Source of the DNA: an uncultured bacterium
GTDB taxonomy: Bacteria > Cyanobacteriota > Vampirovibrionia > Gastranaerophilales > Gastranaerophilaceae
Direction of reading: 5' to 3'
Length of the DNA: 42,740 nt
Assembly: GCA_902802935.1 (NCBI GenBank)
Contig: CADCNZ010000089.1
Span: forward strand, 1-42,740
Of the stretch, positions 16,929 to 27,431 are shown one piece after another (within the stretch, counting starts at the first letter, position 1; the number at the start of each line of letters is the position of its first letter). The position numbers were made by a program, and so were the translations under genes. The notes below the pieces were generated by a model that was given only the letters and a program-made list of their open reading frames with translations, was not told the DNA's origin and ran no database searches.

Positions 16929-19900
16929 AATTAGAAAAAGCTTCGTTTTTTGAAAAACTCAATATAAATATAAAAAAAGAAAAAAGCTTTACATTAACCG
17001 GTTTAACCGGTTTTAGCAGATTGCTTCTTCTTAAATACATTAGTAAACTTTCAGGGAAAAAAGTTCTTTTTATAACATCCACAGAACAATCTGCTATAAA
17101 ATATTCTGTAGATTTTGAAAGACTTTTTGATATACAAACAGAAGTTTTGTCATATCAAAATACTTCTCCGTATGAGCTTGTACAAAATAATTTGTACGAT
17201 TATGAAAAACAAATAAGCGTTCTTTTAAAAACCCCTGATATCGTTATAGCGCCGGCAAAAGTCCTCTTGGAAAAATTTCCCTCCAAAGAATTTTTTGAAA
17301 CAAATTCCATAAATTTTAAAATAGGCGACTCTGTAAAACAGCAAGATTTACTAAAAATGCTTACTGATTTGGGTTACAAACGATCAACCATGGTTTCTGA
17401 TATAGGAGAGTTTAGCATACGCGGAGATATTGCAGATGTTTATACACTCTATGAAAATCCTGTTAGAATTGAATTTTGGGGAGATGAAATTGTTGATATA
17501 AGATTTTTTAACAACGAAACTCAAAAATCAACAGAAAAATCCGAAAGTATATGTATCAAACCATTATACAAATTTATTCTACCTAAAAATCCTCCTAACG
17601 AACTTTCTAATCAATTAAAAGAACAAATTTGTAATGAAGGCTATTTTGAGGGTATTAATGTATACCAATCTTATTTTAACCCTAATTTGGTATGTATATT
17701 TGATTATTTCTCAAATTATATAATTGTATTTGATGAGTTTGCTGAAATTTCAGGCAAATTAGAATTGGTTGACGAAAACTATGTTAATAATTACAATGAA
17801 GCACTGAAAAATGGTTTAATAGAACAGTTAGCAGAAATCAATCATTATACCGTTTCTGAAATAATACAAAAAATTGCAGGTTATCAGAAAATATTTTTAA
17901 ACAACTTTCTTTCGGACGAGAATAATGAAGTTATAGATATTGATTCCAGAAATGTTCCGATTTTTGATGCAAATATGGATAATCTTACAAAGTTTATCAA
18001 GGAACACAATGATTTTGACATAACCATAGCAACAGATTTCCAAGAACGTGTAAAAGATGTTTTAAATTCTTACGGTATATTTAAAATTACATTTGTCAAA
18101 AATATCTCTTCACAAGGCACTGAGCTTAAAGACGGTAAAATATTACTGCTAACAGATAGAGAGCTTTTTAACAAAAAACAAAAAGAAATTCCGTCAAACA
18201 GAAAGAGAAGATATAAAGAAAAACCGGAATACATTGAAAATATTAACGACATAAAGGAAGGTGAATACGTCGTCCATTCTGTACATGGTGTCGGTATATA
18301 TAAAGGACTTACAAAACAGGAATTAGACGGTCAGTTAAAAGATTATTTAACAATAGAATACGCTAACAAAGATAAACTGCACATTCCGGCAGAACAAATA
18401 AATATGCTATGCAGGTACAGAGGCTCCGGACAATTTAGGCCAAAACTGTCACGCATGGGTGGTTCTGACTGGGAAGGTGTAAAACAAAAAGTTAAAAAAG
18501 CAGTAGAAACAATTGCCTACGATCTTTTAAGATTATATGCCAGAAGAAAAATGACAAAAGGTATTGAATTTGCTCCGGATTCACCCATGCAGCTGGAAAT
18601 GGAAGATTCTTTTGAATATATAGAAACTCCTGATCAAATAAAAGCAATTACCCAAATAAAGCAGGACATGGAGAGTTCAAATCCTATGGACAGACTCGTT
18701 TGCGGAGATGTAGGTTTCGGCAAAACAGAAGTCGCAATGCGTGCAATGTTTAAGGCTGTAACTTCTCTAAAACAGGTTGCCGTTATTGTTCCGACTACAG
18801 TATTAGCTCTTCAACATTATCAAACTGTTTCGGATAGATTTAAACCTTTTGGTATAAATGTTGAACTTCTCTGTCGTTTTCGCTCAACAAAAGAAAAAAA
18901 CGAAACTATTAAAAACCTTGCAACAGGCAAATGTGATATAGTTATAGCAACTCATGTACTATTACAGGACAACATAGTATTTAAAGATTTGGGGCTGCTT
19001 GTTATAGATGAAGAACACCGTTTTGGGGTAAGACACAAGGAAAAATTGAAAGAATTTAGAGAAAATATTGATATCATATCAATGTCTGCAACCCCGATTC
19101 CAAGAACGCTTTATATGTCGCTTTCGGGAATAAAAGACATTTCCGTAATAAACACTCCTCCCCAAAACAGACTGCCTATCAAAACCTTTGTCGGAGAATA
19201 CAACGAACAAACGGTTAAAAATGCAATCATCAATGAACTTGATAGAGATGGACAAGTTTTTTACCTTTATAACAGAGTTGAAACTATTGAAGAATTTAAG
19301 CTTCAACTTCAAAAACTTGTTCCTAATGCAAAGATTTCTGTCGGTCATGGGCAATTAAGCGAAAAGCAACTTGAAGATGTAATTATAGGTTTTGATAATC
19401 ATGAGAGTGATATTCTTCTATGCACAACAATTATAGAAAACGGACTTGATATACCAAATGCTAACACTATTATTATCCACGAGGCTGATAAACTTGGACT
19501 TGCTCAATTATATCAACTTAGAGGACGCGTAGGCAGAAGTGAAAAACAAGCTTACTGTTATTGTTTTTACAAAAAAACAAAAGAACTTTCTCAAGAAGCA
19601 AAAGAAAGATTAAAAGCAATAAAAGAATTTACAACACTTGGAAGCGGTTATAGAATAGCAATGCGAGATGTTGAGATTCGCGGAGTTGGTAATATCCTTG
19701 GAACAAAACAACATGGTCATATGGTAAATGTAGGATTTGACACATATTGCGAGTTATTAGAAGAAACTGTTAACGAACTTAAAGGCGAAGTTATGAAAGC
19801 CAACAAACCAACTATTGTTGATATAAACACAACAGCATATATTCCTGATGAATGGGTTGGTTCAACAGAACAAAAAATGATCGAATATAAACGTTTAGCG

Positions 19901-20287
19901 GATGTTAAAAACGAAACAGAATTAAATTATATTGTTTCGGAATGGAAAGACCGTTTTTCAAGGATTCCGGATGAAGTACATAATTTAATAAAACTTATAC
20001 AAATAAGGTTGAGCGCTACCGAATGCGGAATTTCTATAATTAGAGAGACCGGCTCACAAATACGTATCTATACACCATTTACACCATATGAGTGGAATAT
20101 ACTAAAACAAGGTTTGGATAAAGAGATTCTCAAAAAAATAAAATTTACAATTGCTCCAAAAAGTTGTGTTGACGGCAAATCAATAATACTTGTAGACACT
20201 GATTATCAAACATTTGAAGACATCTTTGAGACTTTAACAGGTTTGTTTTATAACATTAAAAAAATCGCTGACAACTATAAAAAATAG
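16925..20287 (+). CDS. mfd: Transcription-repair coupling factor
   Basis: GEFSIRGDI.D, VVH..HGVG, GDVGFGKTEVA, DEEHRFG, SATPIPRT, QLRGRVGR, RDVEIRG.GN. Confidence 0.96.
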   Translation: MKLEKASFFEKLNINIKKEKSFTLTGLTGFSRLLLLKYISKLSGKKVLFITSTEQSAIKYSVDFERLFDIQTEVLSYQNTSPYELVQNNLYDYEKQISVLLKTPDIVIAPAKVLLEKFPSKEFFETNSINFKIGDSVKQQDLLKMLTDLGYKRSTMVSDIGEFSIRGDIADVYTLYENPVRIEFWGDEIVDIRFFNNETQKSTEKSESICIKPLYKFILPKNPPNELSNQLKEQICNEGYFEGINVYQSYFNPNLVCIFDYFSNYIIVFDEFAEISGKLELVDENYVNNYNEALKNGLIEQLAEINHYTVSEIIQKIAGYQKIFLNNFLSDENNEVIDIDSRNVPIFDANMDNLTKFIKEHNDFDITIATDFQERVKDVLNSYGIFKITFVKNISSQGTELKDGKILLLTDRELFNKKQKEIPSNRKRRYKEKPEYIENINDIKEGEYVVHSVHGVGIYKGLTKQELDGQLKDYLTIEYANKDKLHIPAEQINMLCRYRGSGQFRPKLSRMGGSDWEGVKQKVKKAVETIAYDLLRLYARRKMTKGIEFAPDSPMQLEMEDSFEYIETPDQIKAITQIKQDMESSNPMDRLVCGDVGFGKTEVAMRAMFKAVTSLKQVAVIVPTTVLALQHYQTVSDRFKPFGINVELLCRFRSTKEKNETIKNLATGKCDIVIATHVLLQDNIVFKDLGLLVIDEEHRFGVRHKEKLKEFRENIDIISMSATPIPRTLYMSLSGIKDISVINTPPQNRLPIKTFVGEYNEQTVKNAIINELDRDGQVFYLYNRVETIEEFKLQLQKLVPNAKISVGHGQLSEKQLEDVIIGFDNHESDILLCTTIIENGLDIPNANTIIIHEADKLGLAQLYQLRGRVGRSEKQAYCYCFYKKTKELSQEAKERLKAIKEFTTLGSGYRIAMRDVEIRGVGNILGTKQHGHMVNVGFDTYCELLEETVNELKGEVMKANKPTIVDINTTAYIPDEWVGSTEQKMIEYKRLADVKNETELNYIVSEWKDRFSRIPDEVHNLIKLIQIRLSATECGISIIRETGSQIRIYTPFTPYEWNILKQGLDKEILKKIKFTIAPKSCVDGKSIILVDTDYQTFEDIFETLTGLFYNIKKIADNYKK

Positions 20288-20370
20288 ATATTGTTTACAA
20301 TGCTTAATGTCTAATTAACATTTCATTTGGTTTCATGTATTATATAGATACAATAAGAAGGAGTATTAAT

Positions 20371-21471
20371 ATGAAAAAATTATTAGCTTGTTTGGCTATT
20401 TCTACAGTACTTTTTACCGGATGTTCTATTGGAAAGAATTCGGAAGGTATTATCAAAGTTAACGATACAGTTATTACAAAGGCTCAGTTTGATGAAGCAT
20501 TCGACAAGAATGTCGATAAATCATTTCTCAAATCTTTTGGCGGGAGCAAGAATATAAACAAATCAGATGATGACCCTCTTTACAACATCTTTAAAGAGAA
20601 AATATCTAATGAACTTATTGTAAAAACTTTATTAGAGCAAGAAATTGCAAAAAGAAATATTACTGTAACAAAAGATGATTTAGACAATGAACTTAAAATG
20701 ATTATTGATAAAGTCGGTTCAAAGGAAGAATTAAACACAATGCTTAAACAAAGAGGAATCTCTAATGATGCATTTATGCAAGATTTAAAAACTCAAGTAG
20801 AAATCAAAAAGCTTGTTAATTCTATTGAAAAAATTAATATTTCTGATGCAGATGCTCAAAAATACTATAATACTCATAAACAAGAGTTTTCTCACGGAGA
20901 ACAAGTTAGAGCTTCTCATATTTTAATTTCTGCTGATACGTTGCAGATTATTCAAAAAATCAAAGAAAAAAATCCTAAAATTGATGCTACTGCACTAAAC
21001 ACTGAAGTTGAAAAACAAGTTGCCGCACAAAAAGCTAAAGCAGAAGAAATTCTTGCACAAGTTAAAAAGAACCCTGATAATTTTGCTAAAATTGCTCAAA
21101 AACAATCAGATGATAAAACTAGTGCTGTTAGAGGCGGAGAACTAGGATTTTTCCCAAAAGAAGCTATGGTGCCTGAATTTGCAAAAGCTGCATTTTCTAT
21201 GAAACCTGATACAATTAGTGATTCTGTAGTTAAAACCCCATATGGTTTTCATATTATAAAAGTTACTGATAGAATGGAAGCCGGTTCAACTCCGTTTGCT
21301 AAAGTAAAAGATGAGCTTAAATTTTACTTGGAAACCCAAAAACAAATCGAAGTTCTTAAAAAATTCACAGCTTCTGCTATGAAAAATGCTAAGATTGAAT
21401 ATCTTGACTCAAGCTTCGATCCTGCAAAAATTAAAGCTAATGCAGTAAAACAGCAAGAAGTTAAGAAATAA
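20371..21471 (+). CDS. PrsA/SurA-like parvulin peptidyl-prolyl isomerase lipoprotein
   Basis: AAGGAG RBS, lipobox LFTGC, VRASHILI, GGELGFF, TPYGFHIIKV. Confidence 0.9.
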   Translation: MKKLLACLAISTVLFTGCSIGKNSEGIIKVNDTVITKAQFDEAFDKNVDKSFLKSFGGSKNINKSDDDPLYNIFKEKISNELIVKTLLEQEIAKRNITVTKDDLDNELKMIIDKVGSKEELNTMLKQRGISNDAFMQDLKTQVEIKKLVNSIEKINISDADAQKYYNTHKQEFSHGEQVRASHILISADTLQIIQKIKEKNPKIDATALNTEVEKQVAAQKAKAEEILAQVKKNPDNFAKIAQKQSDDKTSAVRGGELGFFPKEAMVPEFAKAAFSMKPDTISDSVVKTPYGFHIIKVTDRMEAGSTPFAKVKDELKFYLETQKQIEVLKKFTASAMKNAKIEYLDSSFDPAKIKANAVKQQEVKK

Positions 21472-21504
21472 AAAAAAAGAGAGCTTTAAAAGCTCTCTTT
21501 TTTT
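21471..21504. terminator. Bidirectional intrinsic terminator
   Basis: aaaaaaagagagctt/aagctctcttttttt between convergent genes. Confidence 0.85.
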
Positions 21505-21507
21505 ATT

Positions 21508-22203
21508 TTAAAGATTTGCACTTCCTTCATTTTTCATTTTATCAAGAGCTTGCTTTACACCTTCGTAGTTTCGGCAAAGTTTTACAACAAATTCTATTGA
21601 TGCTTTGTCTTGTGTAATTGCATCTTTTAGCTGAAATATCTCGGATAACTGTAATTCTTTTGTATCTGAATCTGTGAATAAATATTTTTTTAAGAGTTCT
21701 TGAGAATTTCTATCCATGCCGGCAATCTTGTGCTTATATGCATACCAATTATAAAAATGATAGATAAAGTAATACTTATTAATTTCTCCTTCTGAGAGTA
21801 TAAAATATTCAGCCGTTTTAAATTTTAGTTTTTGTTCAACTGCCAGAGACAAGTATATTGCTCTAAAACCTTTTGACGGGTATATTAATCCTTCATTCTC
21901 TCCGATTGGATTTAATAGTTTCGCAGCATCTTTTATTCTATAAACATTTGTTCCTTGATTTTTTATATATACAAGAATTTTCTCCGGTTCAAAATTATAA
22001 TTTTTTAAAATTTGCGTAATTTCATCTTCAAGTCGATTTTTTTCAGTTTCGGCCATGGTATTCAGATCAAGGGTGCATCCTTTTCCAAAATGGCGTTTTC
22101 TCTTTGAAGTATTCTTTACTCCGATTGTCCTTGCAAGTCTCATTTTTAAAAATCTTTCTTGCAAAGATAACACGCTATACAATATATTTTTTAATAATCG
22201 CAT
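21508..22203 (-). CDS. Hypothetical protein
   Basis: 231-aa ORF with AAGGA RBS. Confidence 0.72.
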   Translation of the reverse strand: MRLLKNILYSVLSLQERFLKMRLARTIGVKNTSKRKRHFGKGCTLDLNTMAETEKNRLEDEITQILKNYNFEPEKILVYIKNQGTNVYRIKDAAKLLNPIGENEGLIYPSKGFRAIYLSLAVEQKLKFKTAEYFILSEGEINKYYFIYHFYNWYAYKHKIAGMDRNSQELLKKYLFTDSDTKELQLSEIFQLKDAITQDKASIEFVVKLCRNYEGVKQALDKMKNEGSANL

Positions 22204-22279
22204 ATTTAATCCTTAAGTATATCAATATATAATTGATAACTTTTTTTTAAAATTTTGTCAACAAAAGTTTTAAAACAAC

Positions 22280-24130
22280 TTAAGCCATGTAAGGGAATGG
22301 TTTCTCTTCATCTTTATGCGACATCATTTTTAAAGATGCTTTTTCGGCAGATGATACAGCTGTTAATTTTTCTATAAAATCTTGTTGAAATCCACCTTTA
22401 GCTGCACATACATCGTGTCTGAGCTTAACTCTTGAATTTGAATTAAGTACATTCACCATATTCTTGTCATCATATCTTGCAATTGTATTTATGACTAACT
22501 GTTGAACCCCATTTGATAACTCTTTATATTTATCAATAATATAAGTATTTATGCCATTATGACGTATATATGCCATAAATCCGCGATTATCAGATGGAAT
22601 TTGTTCAAAAGAAGACGGTTCATCTGTATTAACTGGCTTTATAGCTTCAATTTGCGGCTGCGTTTTCTTTTCAGTCGGTATAGTTACATTTGATAAATAT
22701 GCTTTTGCAATTTCAACTCTGTTTGAATCTGCACTTTGGAAACCATAGTCTGTCTGCGGAATTTCTTGTTCTTCTGATGTTTGTACCGACCCAGGTGATT
22801 TTATAACCGCATTTTCACCATTTTCTATAATATTTGTATAGTTTCCGTTTGTAGCTTTATCTAATAATTTTGCAAACTCTTCTTTTGAAATTGTTAATAA
22901 TTCAGGATGCCCCTCAACAAATTCGGTAACCTGAGTAACGATTTCTTTGTAAATCTCAGGAGAAAGCTCGTATGCGTTATTATTCATGTGAGTTAACAAA
23001 GTTTCTTTTACAGATTGTTCGATTATTTCATTTATTGCAGTACCTGAAATTTCACCTGATTTTGCAGCAATAAAGTAATCACGCATTCTGGCAATTTGTT
23101 CTTCTTCCTTTGTTAATGGTATTTGTTTTTCTTCTTTCTCTTTTATAGTTTCTAAAATATCTTTATTTTTTTCAAAAAATGTTTTTGCCTTTTCCTGCGT
23201 TGCTTCGGTATCAATTTTAATATGCTCTGCATCTTTTTTAGATGTTATCAATGCAACCGCAGCTGTATTTTCTGATTTTGATGGGACTTTACCTTCTCCA
23301 TCCGCTTTTGTACCTAATTTTTCGCAGTAATCAGAATCACATTCATTCGCCCATTTTGTGCAAACTTCTTGTGAATCAAAACTCATAATAACAGCTTCCA
23401 AACCTTTTACTCTGTTTGAAGATAACAAAGATATGATTGCTTGTCTGAATATTCCTTTGTCTTTATCTTCTGTATTTATTAATAACTTAGTAAAATCACG
23501 AAGCTGAGCTTTATAAGTTTCTTCAGGATTTTTACTGTGTTTTACTTTATCTAAAAAATATTTATTAAAATATCTTTCTAAATATTCTTCTACTTTTTCT
23601 TGCGGTAAATTATTAAAAGAACCTTTTTTTAATCCGAAGAATCTTTCCATACGTGCTGAAAGACTTTCACTATTTTTAGCATTTTCTTTCTTGAACCCAT
23701 CAATAGATTTCCATTCTCCGTTCAATGCTAAATTATAATCTTTACCTTTTTTTGCTGCCAAATCTAAATCGACTTTTCCGTTTACTACAGAGTCTTTAAT
23801 TGCAGCTTTCAAAGAATCAAGTATTTTTTGCTGTTCATCTTCTGTAGAATTTTGAATCTGTATCGGGTTTTTACCGGAAATTGTTGCAAGAATACCTGAA
23901 TTCTTTATCATCTGCGGTGTTAGTCCGTATTTAGAAAAATCTGCACAAAGTTGTTCCAGTTTTTGATCAAACTTTGATACTTCTATTTTAGGCTTTTCTG
24001 AACGGTAATTTTTAAGACCTTCTTCAATTACAGAGTTAACGGCAGGAGAAGTTTGTCCGCCTGTTGGCAATACTTGCTGCGATGATCCTGTTTGTTTAAG
24101 TTGTTGTAGTTGTAACTCTGTTAAAGTCAT
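22280..24130 (-). CDS. Large hypothetical helical protein
   Basis: GAGGT RBS before ATG 24130 (MTLTELQ); the upstream extension in the ORF track looks non-coding. Confidence 0.75.
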   Translation of the reverse strand: MTLTELQLQQLKQTGSSQQVLPTGGQTSPAVNSVIEEGLKNYRSEKPKIEVSKFDQKLEQLCADFSKYGLTPQMIKNSGILATISGKNPIQIQNSTEDEQQKILDSLKAAIKDSVVNGKVDLDLAAKKGKDYNLALNGEWKSIDGFKKENAKNSESLSARMERFFGLKKGSFNNLPQEKVEEYLERYFNKYFLDKVKHSKNPEETYKAQLRDFTKLLINTEDKDKGIFRQAIISLLSSNRVKGLEAVIMSFDSQEVCTKWANECDSDYCEKLGTKADGEGKVPSKSENTAAVALITSKKDAEHIKIDTEATQEKAKTFFEKNKDILETIKEKEEKQIPLTKEEEQIARMRDYFIAAKSGEISGTAINEIIEQSVKETLLTHMNNNAYELSPEIYKEIVTQVTEFVEGHPELLTISKEEFAKLLDKATNGNYTNIIENGENAVIKSPGSVQTSEEQEIPQTDYGFQSADSNRVEIAKAYLSNVTIPTEKKTQPQIEAIKPVNTDEPSSFEQIPSDNRGFMAYIRHNGINTYIIDKYKELSNGVQQLVINTIARYDDKNMVNVLNSNSRVKLRHDVCAAKGGFQQDFIEKLTAVSSAEKASLKMMSHKDEEKPFPYMA

Positions 24131-24254
24131 ATTATACCTCATATATATAAAGTATATATTTAATAGATAAATTTCAGCTTCTTTAAAAGTTGTTACATTT
24201 CTTAATATCCATGTTTGGATTTTTAGTTCAATAGAATTGGCTCTTTTAACCATT

Positions 24255-24316
24255 AATGTAACAAAATGTAAAGTTTTTCTATTTTTCCCTAAAGTTTTTT
24301 TAAAATTTGCCGATAT
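24255..24316 (+). promoter_or_regulatory. Composite promoter: TGTAA direct repeat + sigma28-type promoter
   Basis: aaTGTAACaaaaTGTAAA (24255-24272), 17 nt, TAAAGTTT (24290-24297), 11 nt, GCCGATAT (24309-24316). Confidence 0.72.
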
Positions 24317-24358
24317 AGATAGTGTAAAGGTTAAGAAGTTTTTTAAGGAGTATATTTT

Positions 24359-24487
24359 ATGTACGCAATGTGGCCCGGATGTTACAGTTTCAGAGACGAA
24401 ATAAAACTTTTCGCAGTATGGTTCAAAGAACAAATGGAAGCAATAATTCTTAAAATTTACGAATTTGACAGATTGATAAACGGATAA
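24359..24487 (+). CDS. Unannotated 42-aa small protein
   Basis: TAAGGAG RBS; MYAMWPGCYSFRDEIKLFAVWFKEQMEAIILKIYEFDRLING; own promoter and terminator. Confidence 0.72.
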   Translation: MYAMWPGCYSFRDEIKLFAVWFKEQMEAIILKIYEFDRLING

Positions 24488-24554
24488 CTTTCCTTGAACG
24501 GTAAGTATGTTCATATAAAATTTTCTCTCTCTTTCTCCAAAGTATATATTTTCC

Positions 24555-24581
24555 AAGCACCCGAAAGGTGCTTTTATTTTT
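24555..24581 (+). terminator. Intrinsic terminator
   Basis: aagcacc-cgaaa-ggtgctt followed by a T-rich tail. Confidence 0.8.
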
Positions 24582-24717
24582 GGATAAATGTTAAATATTT
24601 ATTCAATATAGTTAATGCGGTAAATAAAGGCGTTAATTATAGTGTTTAGTTGATTGTCACAGTTTTATTTTTAGGCTATAATTGTTATGAGATTTGGGAG
24701 ACGGTAGCCTTATATTT

Positions 24718-26625
24718 ATGCAAAAATTATTATTTTTTATAATAAGCATTTTTACGTTTTTGACTCTGAGTGTACAAGCAGAGCCTTCGAAGGTAATGTC
24801 ATTAAAGTATGATGACTCCTCAAGTCTTATATATATTAACGTAGATGGACTTTCGGCTCCTGACAATGCCCCTTCAAAATTTGTCAGATTATCAAATCCT
24901 AACAGAATATATTTTGATATTAATAACGCCGTTCTAATAGGTCAGAAGCAGCAGCTATTATTTGACAAAAGTAATTTTAAGGAAATAAAACTTGCTCAGT
25001 TTTCTACAAACCCAGACGTTGTAAGAGCTGTAGTAACATTCGAAGAAGATTTTGATACCTCAAAATTAAAACTCGTAAATTTAAACGGAAATGTCTTGCT
25101 TAAAACAGCAAATCCTGATTTAAAAAATGATTACTTTAATAATTTATATGATGAAAATCCTGCATACAACCCCTATTCCGGTATTGTTGTCAATTCTCAA
25201 GCCATTCAAAAAGTTGATGTCGGAATTAATAATTTAACTGATAAAAACAATTCCTCTGTAATGCAAGATATACAGAAAGCATTTGCTGATTCAACATTAA
25301 ACAATTCTGACGGAAAAACGTACGACTCTGTTATATCAATAGATTTGTCCTCAAACTTAAAATTGAGAACCAAATATTTTATAAACGGTTATTATTTAAA
25401 AAACGGAGGGCTTTTGGTTAGCGGCTTCGGACAAATAACAGCTGCCAAAATGTTCGCACTTGATAATCCCAAAAGAATAGTTATAGATCTTCCAAATACC
25501 TTTGTTGACAAAAAGATTCGTAACAGAGAATTGAACTTATGTCCGGATGGAAGCTGCAAAGACACTGCTAAAATTGGTCAATTTGAATATAACAAAGCCA
25601 GAATTGTTGTAACAACAGAGAATTCTGATAAATATATCCCAGTTTACTCTGCAGATGCCCAATCTATGTTCTTTATTAACGCAGATAAGCTTAATCATAC
25701 AAGTTTAGTAAGTTCTGTCGCAAATTTGCAAAAAGCATATGTAAAAAAAATAAATTCAAAAACAAATGAATTAATTCTTCAGTTTACAGCACCTGTTGTT
25801 CATTCGATTATGAGAACTGACAACTTTTTAACATTATATTTGTTTAACGTAAAGAGTTATAGCGAACCTGATTTAATAAAAACATTTAATAATACTTATT
25901 ATAAGCAACTCACAATGTCACTTTTACCGCAAATCGGAGTTAAAGCCGGTTTAAAAATCAACAAAGAAGACATTATAAAAATAGATCAAAGTATTGATGG
26001 CAAAGCATTAAGACTTACAATACAGTCCAGCAAACAAACAAAAAATGATAACATAAAACAGACAACAGCAACAAACGACAAAAAAACTCCAATTAAAAAC
26101 AAAGTTGTACTTGACCCTGGACATGGAGGAAGTGATTACGGCGCAATTAGAGAAGGGATAAATGAAAAGGACATCACATTAGATATCACTCAAAGAGTTG
26201 CATCCATATTAAAATCAAAAGGGTACAAATCTGCATTATCAAGAACCGACGATACTTATATAGGCTTACAAGAACGATGTGACTTTACGGAAGTTGAAAA
26301 TCCGGAAATTTTTGTAAGCATTCACGTTAATTCTGCAGTAGCAACAGAACCTTATGGAATTGAAACTCATTACTACCACGAAGAGAGTAAAGAACTTGCA
26401 GAAATTATACAAAAACATCTTGTAAAAGAAATTGACTCTAAGAACAGGGGCGTTATCAAATCTAAATTTTACGTAATTAATCATACTGATGTCCCTGCGG
26501 TTTTAGTTGAAACAGGATTTTTGTCAAATCCGGACGAGCGGGCAGAATTAGTAACAGAAAAACGTAAACAAGCAACTGCAAAAGCTATTGCTAATGGTAT
26601 AATAGAATATCTTAAAAAGAAGTAA
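24718..26625 (+). CDS. N-acetylmuramoyl-L-alanine amidase (Amidase_3) with AMIN domains
   Basis: Signal peptide, L.NP.RI..D AMIN motifs twice, VVLDPGHGG.D.GA, FVSIHVN, PAVLVETGFLSN. Confidence 0.92.
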   Translation: MQKLLFFIISIFTFLTLSVQAEPSKVMSLKYDDSSSLIYINVDGLSAPDNAPSKFVRLSNPNRIYFDINNAVLIGQKQQLLFDKSNFKEIKLAQFSTNPDVVRAVVTFEEDFDTSKLKLVNLNGNVLLKTANPDLKNDYFNNLYDENPAYNPYSGIVVNSQAIQKVDVGINNLTDKNNSSVMQDIQKAFADSTLNNSDGKTYDSVISIDLSSNLKLRTKYFINGYYLKNGGLLVSGFGQITAAKMFALDNPKRIVIDLPNTFVDKKIRNRELNLCPDGSCKDTAKIGQFEYNKARIVVTTENSDKYIPVYSADAQSMFFINADKLNHTSLVSSVANLQKAYVKKINSKTNELILQFTAPVVHSIMRTDNFLTLYLFNVKSYSEPDLIKTFNNTYYKQLTMSLLPQIGVKAGLKINKEDIIKIDQSIDGKALRLTIQSSKQTKNDNIKQTTATNDKKTPIKNKVVLDPGHGGSDYGAIREGINEKDITLDITQRVASILKSKGYKSALSRTDDTYIGLQERCDFTEVENPEIFVSIHVNSAVATEPYGIETHYYHEESKELAEIIQKHLVKEIDSKNRGVIKSKFYVINHTDVPAVLVETGFLSNPDERAELVTEKRKQATAKAIANGIIEYLKKK

Positions 26626-26627
26626 TT

Positions 26628-27431
26628 ATGACAGATAAAAAAACAAAACCTATAGGATTTTTTGACTCCGGAGTCGGCGGACTCTCAGTTTTAGCGCGTT
26701 TTAAAAATGTTTTACCAAATGAAAAAACTATATATTTTGGAGACACATTACATCTTCCATACGGTAATAAAAGCAAAAAAGAGCTTATAGGATATGCTAA
26801 AAACATTTTAAATTTTATGGAACAAAAAGAAGTAAAAGCTGTTGTTATAGCTTGTAACACCTCTTCTGCACAAGCCTATGATTCAATAAAAAACGAGTTT
26901 GAGTTTCCTATATACCCAATAATTCAGTCATGCGCATCAGGAGTTAGCAAACTTGGAATACAGAGGGTTGGAATTTTTGCAACAGAGGCAACTGTTAATT
27001 CTCACAAGTATGCAGATGAACTTATAAAACAAAACCCTAACATTAAGGTAAAAGAAATTCCAAGTAAAAATTGGGTAGGAATTGTCGAAAACAATATTCC
27101 AAATATAGATGAAGCTAAGGCAAATATTAAATACGAAATTGAAGAAATGATGAAATTTAATCCGGATAAAATAATTCTCGGTTGTACACACTATCCCTAT
27201 CTAATGAATGAATTCGTTAAATACGCACCAAAAGAAATTTTTATTGATCCGGCAGAAATATTTGTAGAATATATAAAAAATAATTTAGAAAAAAAAGGAT
27301 TGCTAAATAACGAACCATCAAATTCTCAAACACAAGAAGAATTTTATGTAACTTCTTCACCGGATGCTTTTTTAAAAAATGCAAAAATTTTCTATGAAAT
27401 CAAAAATGCTCCTGCTTTAGTTTCTAATTAA
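26628..27431 (+). CDS. murI: Glutamate racemase
   Basis: FDSGVGGLSV, PYG.KS, IACNT, LGCTHYP. Confidence 0.95.
   Translation: MTDKKTKPIGFFDSGVGGLSVLARFKNVLPNEKTIYFGDTLHLPYGNKSKKELIGYAKNILNFMEQKEVKAVVIACNTSSAQAYDSIKNEFEFPIYPIIQSCASGVSKLGIQRVGIFATEATVNSHKYADELIKQNPNIKVKEIPSKNWVGIVENNIPNIDEAKANIKYEIEEMMKFNPDKIILGCTHYPYLMNEFVKYAPKEIFIDPAEIFVEYIKNNLEKKGLLNNEPSNSQTQEEFYVTSSPDAFLKNAKIFYEIKNAPALVSN

Noticed and set aside
21745..21780. Degenerate HExxH (YHFYNW) in the 21508-22203 protein
   Set aside because: Too little similarity to support a metallopeptidase origin from sequence alone
24131..24556. N-terminal extension of the 758-aa ORF
   Set aside because: Composition unlike the rest; overlaps an opposite-strand promoter and small gene; good SD at ATG 24130
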